DNA from: Escherichia coli
GTDB lineage: Bacteria > Pseudomonadota > Gammaproteobacteria > Enterobacterales > Enterobacteriaceae
Reading direction: 5' to 3' (one strand)
NCBI RefSeq assembly: GCF_024502345.1
Contig: NZ_JALDNN010000001.1
DNA: 64,000 nucleotides
A program made the position numbers and the translations under genes. Positions within the stretch are counted from its first letter, which is position 1, and each line of letters starts with the position of its first letter. Shown in pieces: positions 30,192 to 42,516 of the stretch. The notes below the pieces were generated by a model. It saw nothing but the letters and a program-made list of their open reading frames with translations, was not told the DNA's origin and made no database searches.

Positions 30192-31730
30192 TTAGTGCGC
30201 ACCGCCTCCGCCGCCACCTGCGCCAAAGGGCGGTTTAGCAAACCACACCAGCCCCAGCAAGACGAGGAATATCCCGGCTGACATCCAGAAGATCTCATTT
30301 GCGGAAATAATCAGCCCCTGATTGGTGATCTGTTGGGCAATCCAGCCTGATGCCTGCTGTTGTGTCATCCCAAGCCCTTCCAGTTGACTGTACATCGCCT
30401 GGGCGTTTGGGTTAAACGGGTTTACCGACTCGGTTAACTGCGCATGGTGCATCGACTCGCGGTTGGTCCACATGGTCGTGGTTATCGACGTGCCGATAGA
30501 CCCCGCCAGCGTACGCGTAAAGTTGGAGAGGCTCGATGCCGCCGCCAGTCGTTCCGGTGGCAAACCAGACAGCGTAATGGTGGTCAGCGGCATAAAGAAG
30601 CAGGCCACCGCAAACCCCTGGATAAACTGCGGCCAGGCCGACGCGCCAAAATCCATGCCCGGTTCAAAGGTATAGGCACGCCAGTAGAAGCAGACGGCAT
30701 ACATAATAAAGCTGAAGGTTACCAGCCGCCGCATATCCAGTTTATGCGCGAAGCGGCCGATAATCGGCGACAGTATCACTGGAATAATCCCTACCGGCGC
30801 AGAGGCCAAACCTGCCCAGGTCGCCGTGTAACCGTAGACCTCCTGCAACAACTGCGGCAGCAGAACAATCGCGCCGAAGTAGAGCATATACGCGAGGCTG
30901 ATACACAAACAGCCGATGGTGAAGTTGCGCGACTTAAACAACGACAGATCGACTATCGGGTTATCGTCGGTCAGCTCCCAGACAATCAGGAAGCAGATAG
31001 CCACCACCGCCACCACGGTAAGGATGATAATTTCCTGTGATGAAAACCAGTCCAGCTCTTTACCGCGGTCGAGCATAATCTGCAGGCTGCCGATACCAAT
31101 AACCAGCAGTGCCAGCCCCACGGCATCAATCCGCCGCCGTTCGGTGCGGGTTTCACGTCCGCGCAGGGTTTGCAGGGTCATCAACACCACCGCCACGCCA
31201 ATCGGCACGTTGATGAAGAATATCCAGCCCCAGTGGTAATTATCGCTGATATACCCGCCGAGGATTGGGCCGCAAATTGGCGCGACAATCACCGTCATCG
31301 ACCACAACGCCAGCGCGATTGAGCGTTTGGCTGGCGGGTAATTATTCAGCAATAGACTTTGCGAAAGCGGGATCAACGGCCCGGCGACAATCCCCTGAAT
31401 CACGCGGAAGAAGATCAGCATATTCAGGCTGCTGGAGACACCACACGCCCACGACGCAATAGCAAAGGCGATGGTTGACCAGAGGAACAGTTTCACTTCC
31501 CCGACGCGCTTTGCCAGCCAGCCGGTAAGCGGGATCGAGATGGCATTCGCCACCCCGAAAGAAGTGATTACCCACGTTCCCTGGCTGAGCGATGAGCCCA
31601 GATTCCCGGCGATAGTGGGGATCGCCACGTTAGCAATGGTGGAGTCCAGCACCTGCATGAATGTCGCTAGTGACAGCGCAATCGTCATAATGACCAGTTG
31701 CGCGCCTTCCAGCGGTTTTTGCTGTTGCAT
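30192..31730 (-). CDS. emrB: MFS multidrug efflux pump EmrB
   Basis: ORF 30192-31739; start set at MQQQKPLEGAQLVIMTIALSLATF; 14-TMS MFS. Confidence 0.9.
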   Translation of the reverse strand: MQQQKPLEGAQLVIMTIALSLATFMQVLDSTIANVAIPTIAGNLGSSLSQGTWVITSFGVANAISIPLTGWLAKRVGEVKLFLWSTIAFAIASWACGVSSSLNMLIFFRVIQGIVAGPLIPLSQSLLLNNYPPAKRSIALALWSMTVIVAPICGPILGGYISDNYHWGWIFFINVPIGVAVVLMTLQTLRGRETRTERRRIDAVGLALLVIGIGSLQIMLDRGKELDWFSSQEIIILTVVAVVAICFLIVWELTDDNPIVDLSLFKSRNFTIGCLCISLAYMLYFGAIVLLPQLLQEVYGYTATWAGLASAPVGIIPVILSPIIGRFAHKLDMRRLVTFSFIMYAVCFYWRAYTFEPGMDFGASAWPQFIQGFAVACFFMPLTTITLSGLPPERLAAASSLSNFTRTLAGSIGTSITTTMWTNRESMHHAQLTESVNPFNPNAQAMYSQLEGLGMTQQQASGWIAQQITNQGLIISANEIFWMSAGIFLVLLGLVWFAKPPFGAGGGGGGAH

Positions 31731-31746
31731 CACACGCACCTCTGGA

Positions 31747-32919
31747 TTAGCCAGCGTTAGCTTTTACGATATCGTCGATCAGTTTATTGACAGGTGCCAG
31801 GCTGATTTCACGCGCGGTACTTACCGCAACCGGTGTGGAACGTACTTTATTTGCCAGTACCTGACCGTCACGGTTAGTGGTATTGACGCTCACCAGCGTG
31901 GACAAACCGATACGCAGCGGATATTGCTCCAGCTGTTTCTGGTCCAGTTCGATACGCACAGGCAGACGCTGAACGACTTTGATCCAGTTACCGGTCGCAT
32001 TTTGCGCTGGAAGCAGTGAGAACGCGCTACCTGTGCCCATATCCAGACCAACCACTTTACCGGTGTATTTCACATCATCGCCGTAAATATCGGTGGTGAT
32101 AGTGACCGGCTGACCGATACGCATATTGGCAATCTGCGTCTCTTTAAAGTTGGCATCCACCCACATATTGATGGCTGGAACGACCGCCATCAGCGGCGTC
32201 GTTGGGCTAATTTGCGCCCCAGGCTGTACCGCGCGGCGGGAGACATAACCGGTCATCGGACTGACAATACGAGTACGCTCCAGCGCCAGCCAGGCGTTAC
32301 GTACTTCGGTGGCAGCCTGTTGCACGGCAGGCTGATCTTCCAGTTTAGTCCCCAGAATCATCGCCTGATTGGCATTGTATTGTTGAATCGCGACGTCCAG
32401 TTGCGCCTGGGCACTGGTAACGGCGTCGCGGGCGTGTTGCAGCTCTTCGCGACCAATCAGGTTGGCATTGCCCAGCGGCACACGGCGGTTGTAGTCGCTT
32501 TGTGCTTTCGCGAGGGCGATTTTTTGCACCTCAATATTCGCCTGCAACTGTTTGCTGTTAATCATCAGCTGGTGGGTTTGGCGAACGCTGGAAGCCAGTG
32601 CAGTTTTGGCTTTTTCAAACGCCTGGCGAGCATCTGTCGGGTCGAGAGTGACCAGCACGTCGCCTTCTTTTACAAAATCGGTGTTATCGGCCCAGACTTT
32701 CGTCACGCTGCCAGACACCTGAGACATAATTTGAATTTGATTCCCTGCCACGTATGCGTCATCGGTTTCTTCGAAGTGACGCAGTACCAAAAACCAATAA
32801 ATCCCTATCGCTACGGCAATAATTATAAAGAGCAAGGTGAGAAGGAGGAGCAGACGCTTACGTTTGCCGCTCTTCTTTACCGGTTGCTGCGGGGTTTGAG
32901 TCTCCGCATTTGCGCTCAT
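31747..32919 (-). CDS. emrA: Multidrug efflux membrane fusion protein EmrA
   Basis: ORF 31747-32931; start set at MSANAETQTPQQPVKKSGKRKR; HlyD-like. Confidence 0.9.
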   Translation of the reverse strand: MSANAETQTPQQPVKKSGKRKRLLLLLTLLFIIIAVAIGIYWFLVLRHFEETDDAYVAGNQIQIMSQVSGSVTKVWADNTDFVKEGDVLVTLDPTDARQAFEKAKTALASSVRQTHQLMINSKQLQANIEVQKIALAKAQSDYNRRVPLGNANLIGREELQHARDAVTSAQAQLDVAIQQYNANQAMILGTKLEDQPAVQQAATEVRNAWLALERTRIVSPMTGYVSRRAVQPGAQISPTTPLMAVVPAINMWVDANFKETQIANMRIGQPVTITTDIYGDDVKYTGKVVGLDMGTGSAFSLLPAQNATGNWIKVVQRLPVRIELDQKQLEQYPLRIGLSTLVSVNTTNRDGQVLANKVRSTPVAVSTAREISLAPVNKLIDDIVKANAG

Positions 32920-33045
32920 ATTGTTCTCCACGATCTTCTTAACTCATCGGCTGAGCCGACCTGCTTGCCAAAAAGGCCAGCATGTTGCGATGCTGGCCAG
33001 TCATTTTTTCTTTTATAAATCTGGATTTTTGAGCGAGATGACGCG

Positions 33046-33576
33046 TTAGCTCATCGCTTCGAGAACCACACCGTCTTGTTCCATCTGGTCGAGACGGGAG
33101 AGCAATTTGCGGGTGATTTGCTCGAGCTGATCTTTTTCTGTTGTGCTGAGCGCGGACCAGAGTTGATGCAGGCAGTTATGCTGCGGTGGTAAAACCTCGC
33201 GCAAAAACTCGTGACCTTTTTCCGTTAATTGCAGATGCAGGCAGCGGCGATCGTTATCGCTTTCACGACGTTCGATCCAACCGCGTTTTTCCAGTTCATC
33301 GGCAATACGCGTCGCGTTGGTACGGGATGATCCAAGAGCACAACTTAATTCAGAAGGCTGAATACTGTGGTTTTCCTGAGACTCCAGCGTAATCAACGCC
33401 ATAAACAACGTCTCGTTAATCCCCTGAGCCTTCAGCATTTTATTGCGGTTCTCCAGCAGCTTGCTTTGCATGTGCATGCAAAGACGAGTCAGAAGGATCT
33501 CCTGATAAGGAAAATCTTCGTGGCGGCTGGCGCGAAATTTTAGCATTTGTTCAATGGGCGTAAACGAACTATCCAT
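33046..33576 (-). CDS. mprA: MarR-family repressor MprA (EmrR)
   Basis: 176-aa MarR-type ORF upstream of emrAB. Confidence 0.9.
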
Positions 33577-33666
33577 TTGGGTATGACCTCATTAATTTCA
33601 GCCGATATAGTAACGACAGTGACAAATAAAGTAAATGTATTGTTTTAGAAAAATGATTCTTGTGGG

Positions 33667-34002
33667 TTATATAATCGCCATCACTTTCCAGGCGAGCCCA
33701 TAGGCCAGCGCACTAAGCAGTGTTGGGATGATAATGCTGCGTGTTTTATAGAAACTGGCACCCAGTACCGCGAAGCCGACCAGCGTGGGCACGAAACGGC
33801 GTGTATCGTGCATCACTTCTGGTGCGGTAGAGACAACCAGCAGAGCGCATATCGAGGCGATGCCAATGGTGTCGAGCAAAATACCTACCGCGCCACGTTT
33901 GGTTGGGCGGGCATTACCCACACGCAGGCGCAGCGGCAAATAGCGGAAGCAATAATTCGCCGCGCCAACCAGTAACCCAAGCAGCAGAACCTCATAGCTC
34001 AT
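33667..34002 (-). CDS. ygaH: Branched-chain amino acid exporter small subunit YgaH (AzlD-like)
   Basis: 111-aa membrane ORF overlapping ygaZ. Confidence 0.8.
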   Translation of the reverse strand: MSYEVLLLGLLVGAANYCFRYLPLRLRVGNARPTKRGAVGILLDTIGIASICALLVVSTAPEVMHDTRRFVPTLVGFAVLGASFYKTRSIIIPTLLSALAYGLAWKVMAII

Positions 34003-34729
34003 CGGGCGCTCCTTGCCAGAATGCCTGGATTAACGCAGTGAGGCAGCCACAGACAATGCCTGCCAGAATGGCGACGGGAATAGAAAATAGCGTTACGCCT
34101 GCAAGGGCACCAACTAACGCTGCGGTAACGCAAAGAGATTGTTTGCGCTGGAAAGAGGCGAGCAGGAAACTCATAAAGAGTGCCGGAAGCATAAAACCTA
34201 ATGCTGCTTCAACGGCGGGATAACCTTGCAGCAAGCCGCTGCCGGAGAATGCCCCTATTACCGTACCAAATACCCACGATGACCATGAACTGAAGGCAAT
34301 GCCGATCATCCAGTTCTCGCTCCAGCGGCGATTATTGCGTACCAGTTTTGCGGTGGCGGCGGCAAAAACCTCATCCGTCAGGCCAAACGCCCATAGCGCG
34401 GTTTTCGATTTTTGCAGACGCTGAATAATACGGCTACGCAGTGACGGGCCATACAAAACATGGCGAACATCCATTGCCATGACGGTCAGTGCAGCAACCC
34501 ACAAACTACTCCCTGCTGCCAGCATCGCGGTAATGACGAACTGGCTCGCGCCTGCATAAATGATGCAGGAGAAAAAAACGCTTTCGAGAGGAGAGAATCC
34601 CAGACGGGTCGCATTCAGACCGAACGCAAAGGCCACCGGAATATAACTAATAACAATCGGTAAACTGTCTTTGCATCCTTCCATGAAGGTCGCCGAACCA
34701 GGAGCAGGCTGTGGAGTAGGGCTTTCCAT
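33992..34729 (-). CDS. ygaZ: Branched-chain amino acid exporter large subunit YgaZ (AzlC-like)
   Basis: 245-aa membrane ORF. Confidence 0.8.
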   Translation of the reverse strand: MESPTPQPAPGSATFMEGCKDSLPIVISYIPVAFAFGLNATRLGFSPLESVFFSCIIYAGASQFVITAMLAAGSSLWVAALTVMAMDVRHVLYGPSLRSRIIQRLQKSKTALWAFGLTDEVFAAATAKLVRNNRRWSENWMIGIAFSSWSSWVFGTVIGAFSGSGLLQGYPAVEAALGFMLPALFMSFLLASFQRKQSLCVTAALVGALAGVTLFSIPVAILAGIVCGCLTALIQAFWQGAPDEL

Positions 34730-34852
34730 AGAGTGTACGCTTAACGATTGTTAATATTATAAATAGACTGAATGAATATCTTAACCTTATCAGACTGATG
34801 GGCTTCTTAACACCCTTATAAGTGTAAAGCCACGAAAACGGTTGCTGATTGC

Positions 34853-36037
34853 TTAATTTGCGGCTTCCTGACGATGAAAACCTCGCCACCAGACCAGTAA
34901 GTTAACCAGGGCAATCGTCGCGCCAGCCAGACAAACGCCAGCCCAACCGCCATGTTGCCAGGCTGAGGCTGAAATTAGCGAACCGGCGGCACCGCCAATA
35001 AAGTAGCTGGTCATGTAACCTGCGGTCAGGCGATTACGCGCATCAGGATGTATTCGATAAATTACCGTCTGGTTAGTGATATGCACGCCCTGTACGGTGA
35101 GGTCCAGCACCAGAATGCCGATAATCAACGCCAGTACGGAAGTGTGACCAAACCAGATTGCCAGCCATGAAAGTAACAGCAGAAGCAGACCGAATGTTGT
35201 GGTGTGGTGCGATTTGCCCTTGTCGGCAAAACCGCCCGCCGGACGAGCGCCCAACGCTCCGGCAGCTCCCGCAAGTCCAAACAGACCAATTACGCCATCG
35301 CTGTAGTTAAAAGGTGGAGCGGCAAGCAAAAAGGCCATCGAGGTCCAGAGAATGCTGAAGTTGGCAAAAGTCAGGCAGCCCAGCAATGCGCGGGTGCGCA
35401 GGATCTTATCGTTGATAAACATGCTGAAAACGGAACCCAACAACTGTGGGTAGTTGAGGTGGGTTTCTGATTTCATTTGTGGCAGACCACGCCATAATGC
35501 TAGCGCCATCAGAGCCATTAACACCGAGGCAACCCAAAAGACGGTGCGCCAGCCGCCGAGGTTTGCCAGTAACCCGGCAACGGTTCGTGCCAGCAATATC
35601 CCCAACAGCAGACCGCTCATAATGGTGCCAACCACTTTGCCGCATTTATCCGGTGAAGCCAGCGTCGCTGCCAGCGGAACCAGAATTTGTGCCACGACTG
35701 AGAATAAACCGGTTAATGCCGTACCGAGGATCATCATCGCCAGTGACTGACTGCTGGCAGTGATTAACATACCGCCCGCTGCCAGTAAGGTCATCGAGAC
35801 AATCAGGCGGCGGCGTTCAAACATATCACCGAGGGGAACAAGAAACAGTAGACCTGCGGCATAGCCCAACTGCGCGGCGGTAACAATAAAGCCCGCCGAA
35901 CTGGCGGAGAGGGAAAAGTTACGCGCAATAGTGTCGAGCAGCGGTTGGGCGTAATAGTTGCTGGCGACCGCCAGACCGGTGGCGATCGACATCAGCACGA
36001 TCAGCGCCGGGCTAAGCTCATGAGTGGGTTTAGTCAT
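34853..36037 (-). CDS. ygaY: MFS transporter YgaY (apparently intact)
   Basis: Uninterrupted 394-aa 12-TMS MFS ORF. Confidence 0.75.
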   Translation of the reverse strand: MTKPTHELSPALIVLMSIATGLAVASNYYAQPLLDTIARNFSLSASSAGFIVTAAQLGYAAGLLFLVPLGDMFERRRLIVSMTLLAAGGMLITASSQSLAMMILGTALTGLFSVVAQILVPLAATLASPDKCGKVVGTIMSGLLLGILLARTVAGLLANLGGWRTVFWVASVLMALMALALWRGLPQMKSETHLNYPQLLGSVFSMFINDKILRTRALLGCLTFANFSILWTSMAFLLAAPPFNYSDGVIGLFGLAGAAGALGARPAGGFADKGKSHHTTTFGLLLLLLSWLAIWFGHTSVLALIIGILVLDLTVQGVHITNQTVIYRIHPDARNRLTAGYMTSYFIGGAAGSLISASAWQHGGWAGVCLAGATIALVNLLVWWRGFHRQEAAN

Positions 36038-36129
36038 TATTTTTGTTTATCAGGTGATGATTAAGCTGGAAATCAATAATAGCGGATGTTTATGAATGGG
36101 GGCGAAAGATAGCTTGTTGAAATGTGCGG

Positions 36130-36225
36130 TGTGGTTTGTAGGCATGATAAGACGCGCCAGCGTCGCATCAGGCATTGTGTACAGAGCGGCGGATGCGGCG
36201 AAAACGCCTTATCCGCCCGAATAAA
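36130..36225. repeat. REP palindromic element
   Basis: TGTAGGCATGATAAGACGCGCCAGCGTCGCATCAGGCA...GGCGGATGCGGCGAAAACGCCTTATCCGCC between ygaY and proX. Confidence 0.7.
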
Positions 36226-36227
36226 AA

Positions 36228-37220
36228 TTACTTATGCGCTGCCAGCGCCTCATTCACCCAGCCATCGAACTGCTGCTGGTGGGCTTTGATCCAGCCATCA
36301 ACGTGGCCCTGAATATCGCCTTCTGAGGCTTTGCCGTCATGCATAATGGCGTTCTGGGCGTTAATATCTGCCACTGGCAACTGCATAATGGCAAACAGTT
36401 TCGCTGCTGCCGGGTTTTTCTCGGCCCAGGCTTTATTGGCAACGATATGCATGGTGCTGACCGGGAAGCCGTAATTCGCGCCATTCGGCAGTTTGGTATC
36501 GGCATTTTTATCGCCCGGCAGTGCAGAGAACGGCACCTGCAACCAGACCACATCTTTCCCTGGCTTCAGCTCATTACTCACCCAGTACGGCGTCCAGGTG
36601 TAGTAAAACACCGGTTTGCCCTCTTTGTAGCGACTGATGGTGTCAGCCATCATCGCTGCGTAGTTCCCCTGATTATGCGTCACGGTGTTGGTCAGTTCAT
36701 ACGCAGCAAGCTGGTGGTTGATCGCACCTTCGCAGCCCCAGCCTGGGTTACAACCGGTTAAATCCGCTTTGCCATCACCGTTGGTATCGAACAGTTTGGC
36801 GATCTTCGGATCTTTCAGTTGTGCGATGTTGGTGATTTTGTACTGGTCGGCGGTTTTCTTATCGATCAGGTAACCCTGTGCCGCGCCGTTAACAAATACT
36901 CCTTCACGATAAAATTTCTTATCGCCACCGGCAGCTTCGTACATGTTGTCATGCAGTGGCGTCCAGTTCACGGCGGTGAAGGTTGCATCGCCGGAAGCAA
37001 GCGAGGTGTAGCCAACGTTGTAATCTACTTCGCTGGGTTTGTTGACGGTATAGCCTAATTTCTCCAGCGCACGGCTGACCAGCAGCGTCTGGAAGGTTTC
37101 TTCGGTGATGGTGCTTTGAACTGGATTAACAGTAATGCCTTTGCCCGGCAGATCGGCAGCAAAAGTTTGTGTAGAGATAAGCGTGGCAAACGCTGTCGCA
37201 AAAAGTACGCTATGTCGCAT
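36228..37220 (-). CDS. proX: Glycine betaine/proline ABC transporter periplasmic binding protein ProX
   Basis: ORF 36228-37268; start set at [21 protein letters not shown] (signal peptide); 330 aa. Confidence 0.9.
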   Translation of the reverse strand: MRHSVLFATAFATLISTQTFAADLPGKGITVNPVQSTITEETFQTLLVSRALEKLGYTVNKPSEVDYNVGYTSLASGDATFTAVNWTPLHDNMYEAAGGDKKFYREGVFVNGAAQGYLIDKKTADQYKITNIAQLKDPKIAKLFDTNGDGKADLTGCNPGWGCEGAINHQLAAYELTNTVTHNQGNYAAMMADTISRYKEGKPVFYYTWTPYWVSNELKPGKDVVWLQVPFSALPGDKNADTKLPNGANYGFPVSTMHIVANKAWAEKNPAAAKLFAIMQLPVADINAQNAIMHDGKASEGDIQGHVDGWIKAHQQQFDGWVNEALAAHK

Positions 37221-37276
37221 TGTTATTCCTTTTTTTGGCAGGGTGATATGCCCGGCGTCACCGGGCAAGTGCAGAG

Positions 37277-38341
37277 TTACTTAATGAATGGGCGGGTCAG
37301 CAGACCGACAGGGCCAGTGGTGTACCAGCGACGGTTGCCGCGACTGCGTGAGTCGCGCCCAACGGCCTGCGTCAGGCGATCGAGGATAATGGCGAGGATC
37401 ACAATCCCGACGCCGCCAACGGTGGCAAGCCCCATATCCAGACGACCGATACCGCGAAGTACCATCTGACCCAGCCCGCCGACGGCAATCATCGAGGCGA
37501 TGACCACCATAGAAAGGGCCAGCATCAGCGTCTGGTTAACGCCCGCCATAATGGTCGGCATCGCCAGCGGTAACTGAACTTTGAACAGCATCTGGCGCGG
37601 GCTGGCACCGAATGAGCGCGAGGCTTCAATCAGATCCGCCGGAACCTGGTTAATCCCCAGAATGGTCAGACGGATAATCGGCGGCAGAGCAAAGATGATC
37701 GTCACCACCACGCCCGGCACGTTACCGATACCAAATAGCATGACGATTGGCACCAGATAAACAAACGCTGGAGTGGTCTGCATGGCATCAAGCAGTGGAC
37801 GAATAATTTTCGCCGCTCGCGGACTTCTCGCCAGCCAGATCCCCAACGGCAAACCGATGACGATACAGAACAGCAGGGCGGTTAACACCAGCGCCAGAGT
37901 CACCATTGCCTGCGACCAGGCACCGATTGCGCCGATGGCAATCAGCGAAACCAGCGTCGCCACACCCATTCCGACCCCGGAAATCTGCCAGGCGATGAGA
38001 GCGAAAACGATAATCGCCACCGGTGCGGGCATACCCAGCAGCAATTGCTGGAAACCGTTGAGGATATAATCAACCGGAACGCGCACGCCCTGGAAGACGG
38101 GACGGAAATGGGTAACGACCCAGTCGATCCCTTCAGTGACCCAACTGTCGAGCGGGATCAGCGTTTTATGGAACGGATCGAGAATATTAAAATGCTCGAC
38201 GTTTGGCGCAGGCGTACTGGTCAGCCAGTCAGCATCACCGCCGTCAGTCGGTGCAGTCGTCGGTGTACCCCAGGCGTCTGCGGATTGCGCGGCACTGTCC
38301 GCCGCTGGCGTGGTATCCCACGGATTATTTTGATCAGCCAT
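37277..38341 (-). CDS. proW: Glycine betaine/proline ABC transporter permease ProW
   Basis: 354-aa membrane ORF. Confidence 0.9.
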   Translation of the reverse strand: MADQNNPWDTTPAADSAAQSADAWGTPTTAPTDGGDADWLTSTPAPNVEHFNILDPFHKTLIPLDSWVTEGIDWVVTHFRPVFQGVRVPVDYILNGFQQLLLGMPAPVAIIVFALIAWQISGVGMGVATLVSLIAIGAIGAWSQAMVTLALVLTALLFCIVIGLPLGIWLARSPRAAKIIRPLLDAMQTTPAFVYLVPIVMLFGIGNVPGVVVTIIFALPPIIRLTILGINQVPADLIEASRSFGASPRQMLFKVQLPLAMPTIMAGVNQTLMLALSMVVIASMIAVGGLGQMVLRGIGRLDMGLATVGGVGIVILAIILDRLTQAVGRDSRSRGNRRWYTTGPVGLLTRPFIK

Positions 38342-39536
38342 TATTTACCCCCTCACGATCTAAAGCGCGCAGCAGCATTCCTTTCGAAATGATGCCGACA
38401 TACTGTTGGTCCTCGTCGACCACGGGCACTGCACAGGGTGCCTGTCCGACATGAGAGAGCAACTCGCTAAGAGGCGTTTGTGCATCGACTGCTAACGGCG
38501 CATCAATCAGCGCCGCATCAAGACCTTGCTGCTGCGTTAACGCGGTTTTAAGCGAATCGATGGAGACTGCGCCGACAAACTTATTACCGCGTTCGATAAC
38601 GTAGCCATATTCACGATCTTCATCCTGCAATAATTTCAGTGCCGAACGTGGGCCGAAGCCAGGAGTTTTACGAATTAAGCCGTTCGGTGTACGACGGGCA
38701 ATATCTTTCGCACTGAATACCTGACTAATATCGACGCCACGGAAGAAGGTACGGACATAATCATTCGCCGGATTATTGAGAATTTCATCCGGTGTGCCGA
38801 CTTGTACCACTTCACCATTTTGCATAATGGCAATTCGGTCGCCAATACGCATGGCTTCATCGAGATCGTGGGAAATAAAGACAATGGTGCGCTGATGTTT
38901 CGCCTGTAATTTTACCAGTTCATCCTGCATCTCGGTGCGAATTAATGGATCGAGCGCCGAGAAGGCTTCGTCCATTAATAATATATCCGGATTAATCGCT
39001 AACGCGCGGGCTAATCCCACACGTTGACGCATCCCGCCAGAGAGTTCATCCGGGTAGCTGTGGGCATAATTTTCCAGCCCGACCTGACGCAGTGCATCAA
39101 GGGCTTTTTCCCGGCGTTCTTCGGCATTAATTCCGGCCAATTCCATACCGAACGCAGTATTGTCCAGCACGGTCATATGCGGCATTAAGGCAAAGGACTG
39201 GAAGACCATCGCAATCTTTTTTCTGCGCACCTCACGGAGTTCGGCGTCGGATATTTTGGCAATATCCACACCATCAATCAGCACTTGCCCGCGGGTGGGT
39301 TCAATCAGGCGATTGAGAAGGCGTACCATTGTGGATTTACCCGAACCGGATAATCCCATGATGACAAATATCTCGCCTTCTTCAATGGCCAGACTGGCGT
39401 CTTTTACGCCAAGCGATAGCCCAGTTTTTTCCAGAATTTGTTCTTTTGAAAGTCCTTGTTCGATATATTTGAAAGCTCGCTGTGGATGCTCACCAAATAT
39501 TTTATAAAGATTTTTAATTTCTAATTTAATTGCCAT
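38334..39536 (-). CDS. proV: Glycine betaine/proline ABC transporter ATPase ProV
   Basis: 400-aa ORF with Walker [10 protein letters not shown] and C-terminal CBS domains. Confidence 0.9.
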   Translation of the reverse strand: MAIKLEIKNLYKIFGEHPQRAFKYIEQGLSKEQILEKTGLSLGVKDASLAIEEGEIFVIMGLSGSGKSTMVRLLNRLIEPTRGQVLIDGVDIAKISDAELREVRRKKIAMVFQSFALMPHMTVLDNTAFGMELAGINAEERREKALDALRQVGLENYAHSYPDELSGGMRQRVGLARALAINPDILLMDEAFSALDPLIRTEMQDELVKLQAKHQRTIVFISHDLDEAMRIGDRIAIMQNGEVVQVGTPDEILNNPANDYVRTFFRGVDISQVFSAKDIARRTPNGLIRKTPGFGPRSALKLLQDEDREYGYVIERGNKFVGAVSIDSLKTALTQQQGLDAALIDAPLAVDAQTPLSELLSHVGQAPCAVPVVDEDQQYVGIISKGMLLRALDREGVNNG

Positions 39537-39891
39537 GCAATAGAAAGATTCCTGTTATTTGTTTATGTCGATACATTACCCAATGGAAATAGTCACTTTT
39601 TTCTACCCTAACATACTGAGAATCTGAGGCAACCCCTGAGGGCAAATGTGGCATGAATATTGATGTGAGCAAATCGCCGGAATTTCCCATGATATAAGGG
39701 CTGAGAGCAAATCGAGAAAAGTTGATATTTTTTGTCAAAGATAGCGAAAAAACGCCTGAATATTGTGGTTTCAGGCGAATAATGCAACAGAGTATCAGTG
39801 TAGATCACCACAAAATATTTGCGTGATAAAAAGCTATTTGGCGGGAATTATTTCCCTGTCGCGGGTAGTGATATTTTTGAAAATAACACCC

Positions 39892-40860
<969 letters not shown>

Positions 40861-41281
40861 TTAAAGTGCACAGGAGACGCAGCCTTCAATTTCAGTGCCT
40901 TACAGCGCCATCTGACGCAGGCGAATGTAATAGAGCGTTTTGATACCTTTGCGCCAGGCGTAAATCTGCGCTTTGTTGATATCGCGAGTGGTGGCGGTAT
41001 CGGGGAAAAACAGCGTCAGCGACAAACCCTGATCGACATGGCGAGTCGCTTCCGCGTAGGTGTCGATGATCTTTTCTGCGCCGATTTCGTAAGCATCCTG
41101 ATACAGCGCCAGATTTTCGTTAGTCATAAACGGGGCAGGGTAGTAAACGCGTCCTGTTTTGCCCTCTTTGCGTATCTCTACTTTCGCCACAATCGGATGA
41201 ATACTCGACGTAGCATGTGATGTAGCCCCCTGAAACACCGGACAGTAGCTGTATCTCCAGATAAGAGATAGGCTTGAATAT

Positions 41282-41677
41282 ATGTCTAACACTAACGCCA
41301 ATTTTGAGATGACCGGGATCCTGTTAGGGCAAGAAGTCCGTAAACGTAAAACTCCTCAGGAGAAGATCGCCATTATCCAGCAGACGATGGAGCCGGGTAT
41401 GAATGTCTCCCATGTCGCCCGCCTGCATGGTATCCAGCCCAGCCTGCTGTTTAAGTGGAAGAAGCAATATCAGGAAGGCAGCCTCACCGCCGTTGCGGCT
41501 GGAGAGGAAGTCGTTCCTGCTTCTGAGCTTACTGCTGCTCTGAAGCAGGTCCGGGAGCTTCAGCGCCTTCTGGGCAAGAAAACGATGGAAGTTGAGATCC
41601 TGAAAGAAGCCGTGGAGTACGGTCAGTCGCGAAAATGGATAGCGCACGCGCCCTTGTTGCCAAAGGACGGGGAATAG
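41282..41677 (+). CDS. IS2-group OrfA (InsC-like HTH protein)
   Basis: 131-aa ORF sharing long blocks with IS2 InsC as I recall it ([65 protein letters not shown]). Confidence 0.85.
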   Translation: MSNTNANFEMTGILLGQEVRKRKTPQEKIAIIQQTMEPGMNVSHVARLHGIQPSLLFKWKKQYQEGSLTAVAAGEEVVPASELTAALKQVRELQRLLGKKTMEVEILKEAVEYGQSRKWIAHAPLLPKDGE

Positions 41678-42516
41678 CCATGGTCAGCCGGACCATGGGC
41701 GTGTCGCGTGCGCAACTGTCACTGCGGATTAACCGTTCTGCCGACTGGCAGGACAGGCGCTGTAACCGGCGTAATGAAGAAGCAGACGCAGAAATACTGT
41801 CGGCTATCCTCAACATTATCAGCGATATGCCGAGTTATGGTTATCGACGCGTGTGGGGCATCCTGCGCAAGCAACGTCGCACAGAGGGACAGCCACCTGT
41901 GAATGCCAAACGGCTTTACAGGATAATGAGCGAGCATAACCTGTTGTTGTTGCATCACAAACCAGAGCGACCGAAGCGTGAACATAAGGGCAAGATAGCG
42001 GTGGCAGAAAGCGATATGCGCTGGTGTTCAGATGGCTTCGAGTTCGGCTGCGACAACGGCGAAAAACTGCGGGTAACGTTCGCGCTGGACTGCTGCGACC
42101 GTGAGGCCATAGACTGGGCAGCAAGCACGGGAGGCTATGACAGTTCGACCGTGCAGGATGTGATGCTGAGGTCGGTGGAAAAGCGCTTCGGCGACAGGTT
42201 GCCCGACACAGCGGTGCAGTGGCTGACGGATAACGGTTCAGCGTATACCGCGTATGAAACGCGGAGGTTCGCGAGAGAGCTGAATCTGGAGCCCTGCACA
42301 ACAGCGGTGAGCAGCCCGCAGAGTAATGGCATGGCCGAACGGTTCGTGAAAACGATGAAAGAAGACTATATCGCGTTCATGCCAAAACCGGATGTGAGAA
42401 CAGCACTGCGAAACCTTGCAGTAGCGTTCACGCATTACAATGAAAACCACCCGCACAGCGCGCTGGGATATCACTCCCCGAGGGAATACCGGCGGCAGCG
42501 GACATCGTTAACTTAA
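41635..42516 (+). CDS. IS2-group OrfB transposase (DDE; InsD-like)
   Basis: 293-aa ORF in the -1 frame overlapping orfA; blocks [48 protein letters not shown] match IS2 InsD as I recall it. Confidence 0.85.
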   Translation: MDSARALVAKGRGIAMVSRTMGVSRAQLSLRINRSADWQDRRCNRRNEEADAEILSAILNIISDMPSYGYRRVWGILRKQRRTEGQPPVNAKRLYRIMSEHNLLLLHHKPERPKREHKGKIAVAESDMRWCSDGFEFGCDNGEKLRVTFALDCCDREAIDWAASTGGYDSSTVQDVMLRSVEKRFGDRLPDTAVQWLTDNGSAYTAYETRRFARELNLEPCTTAVSSPQSNGMAERFVKTMKEDYIAFMPKPDVRTALRNLAVAFTHYNENHPHSALGYHSPREYRRQRTSLT

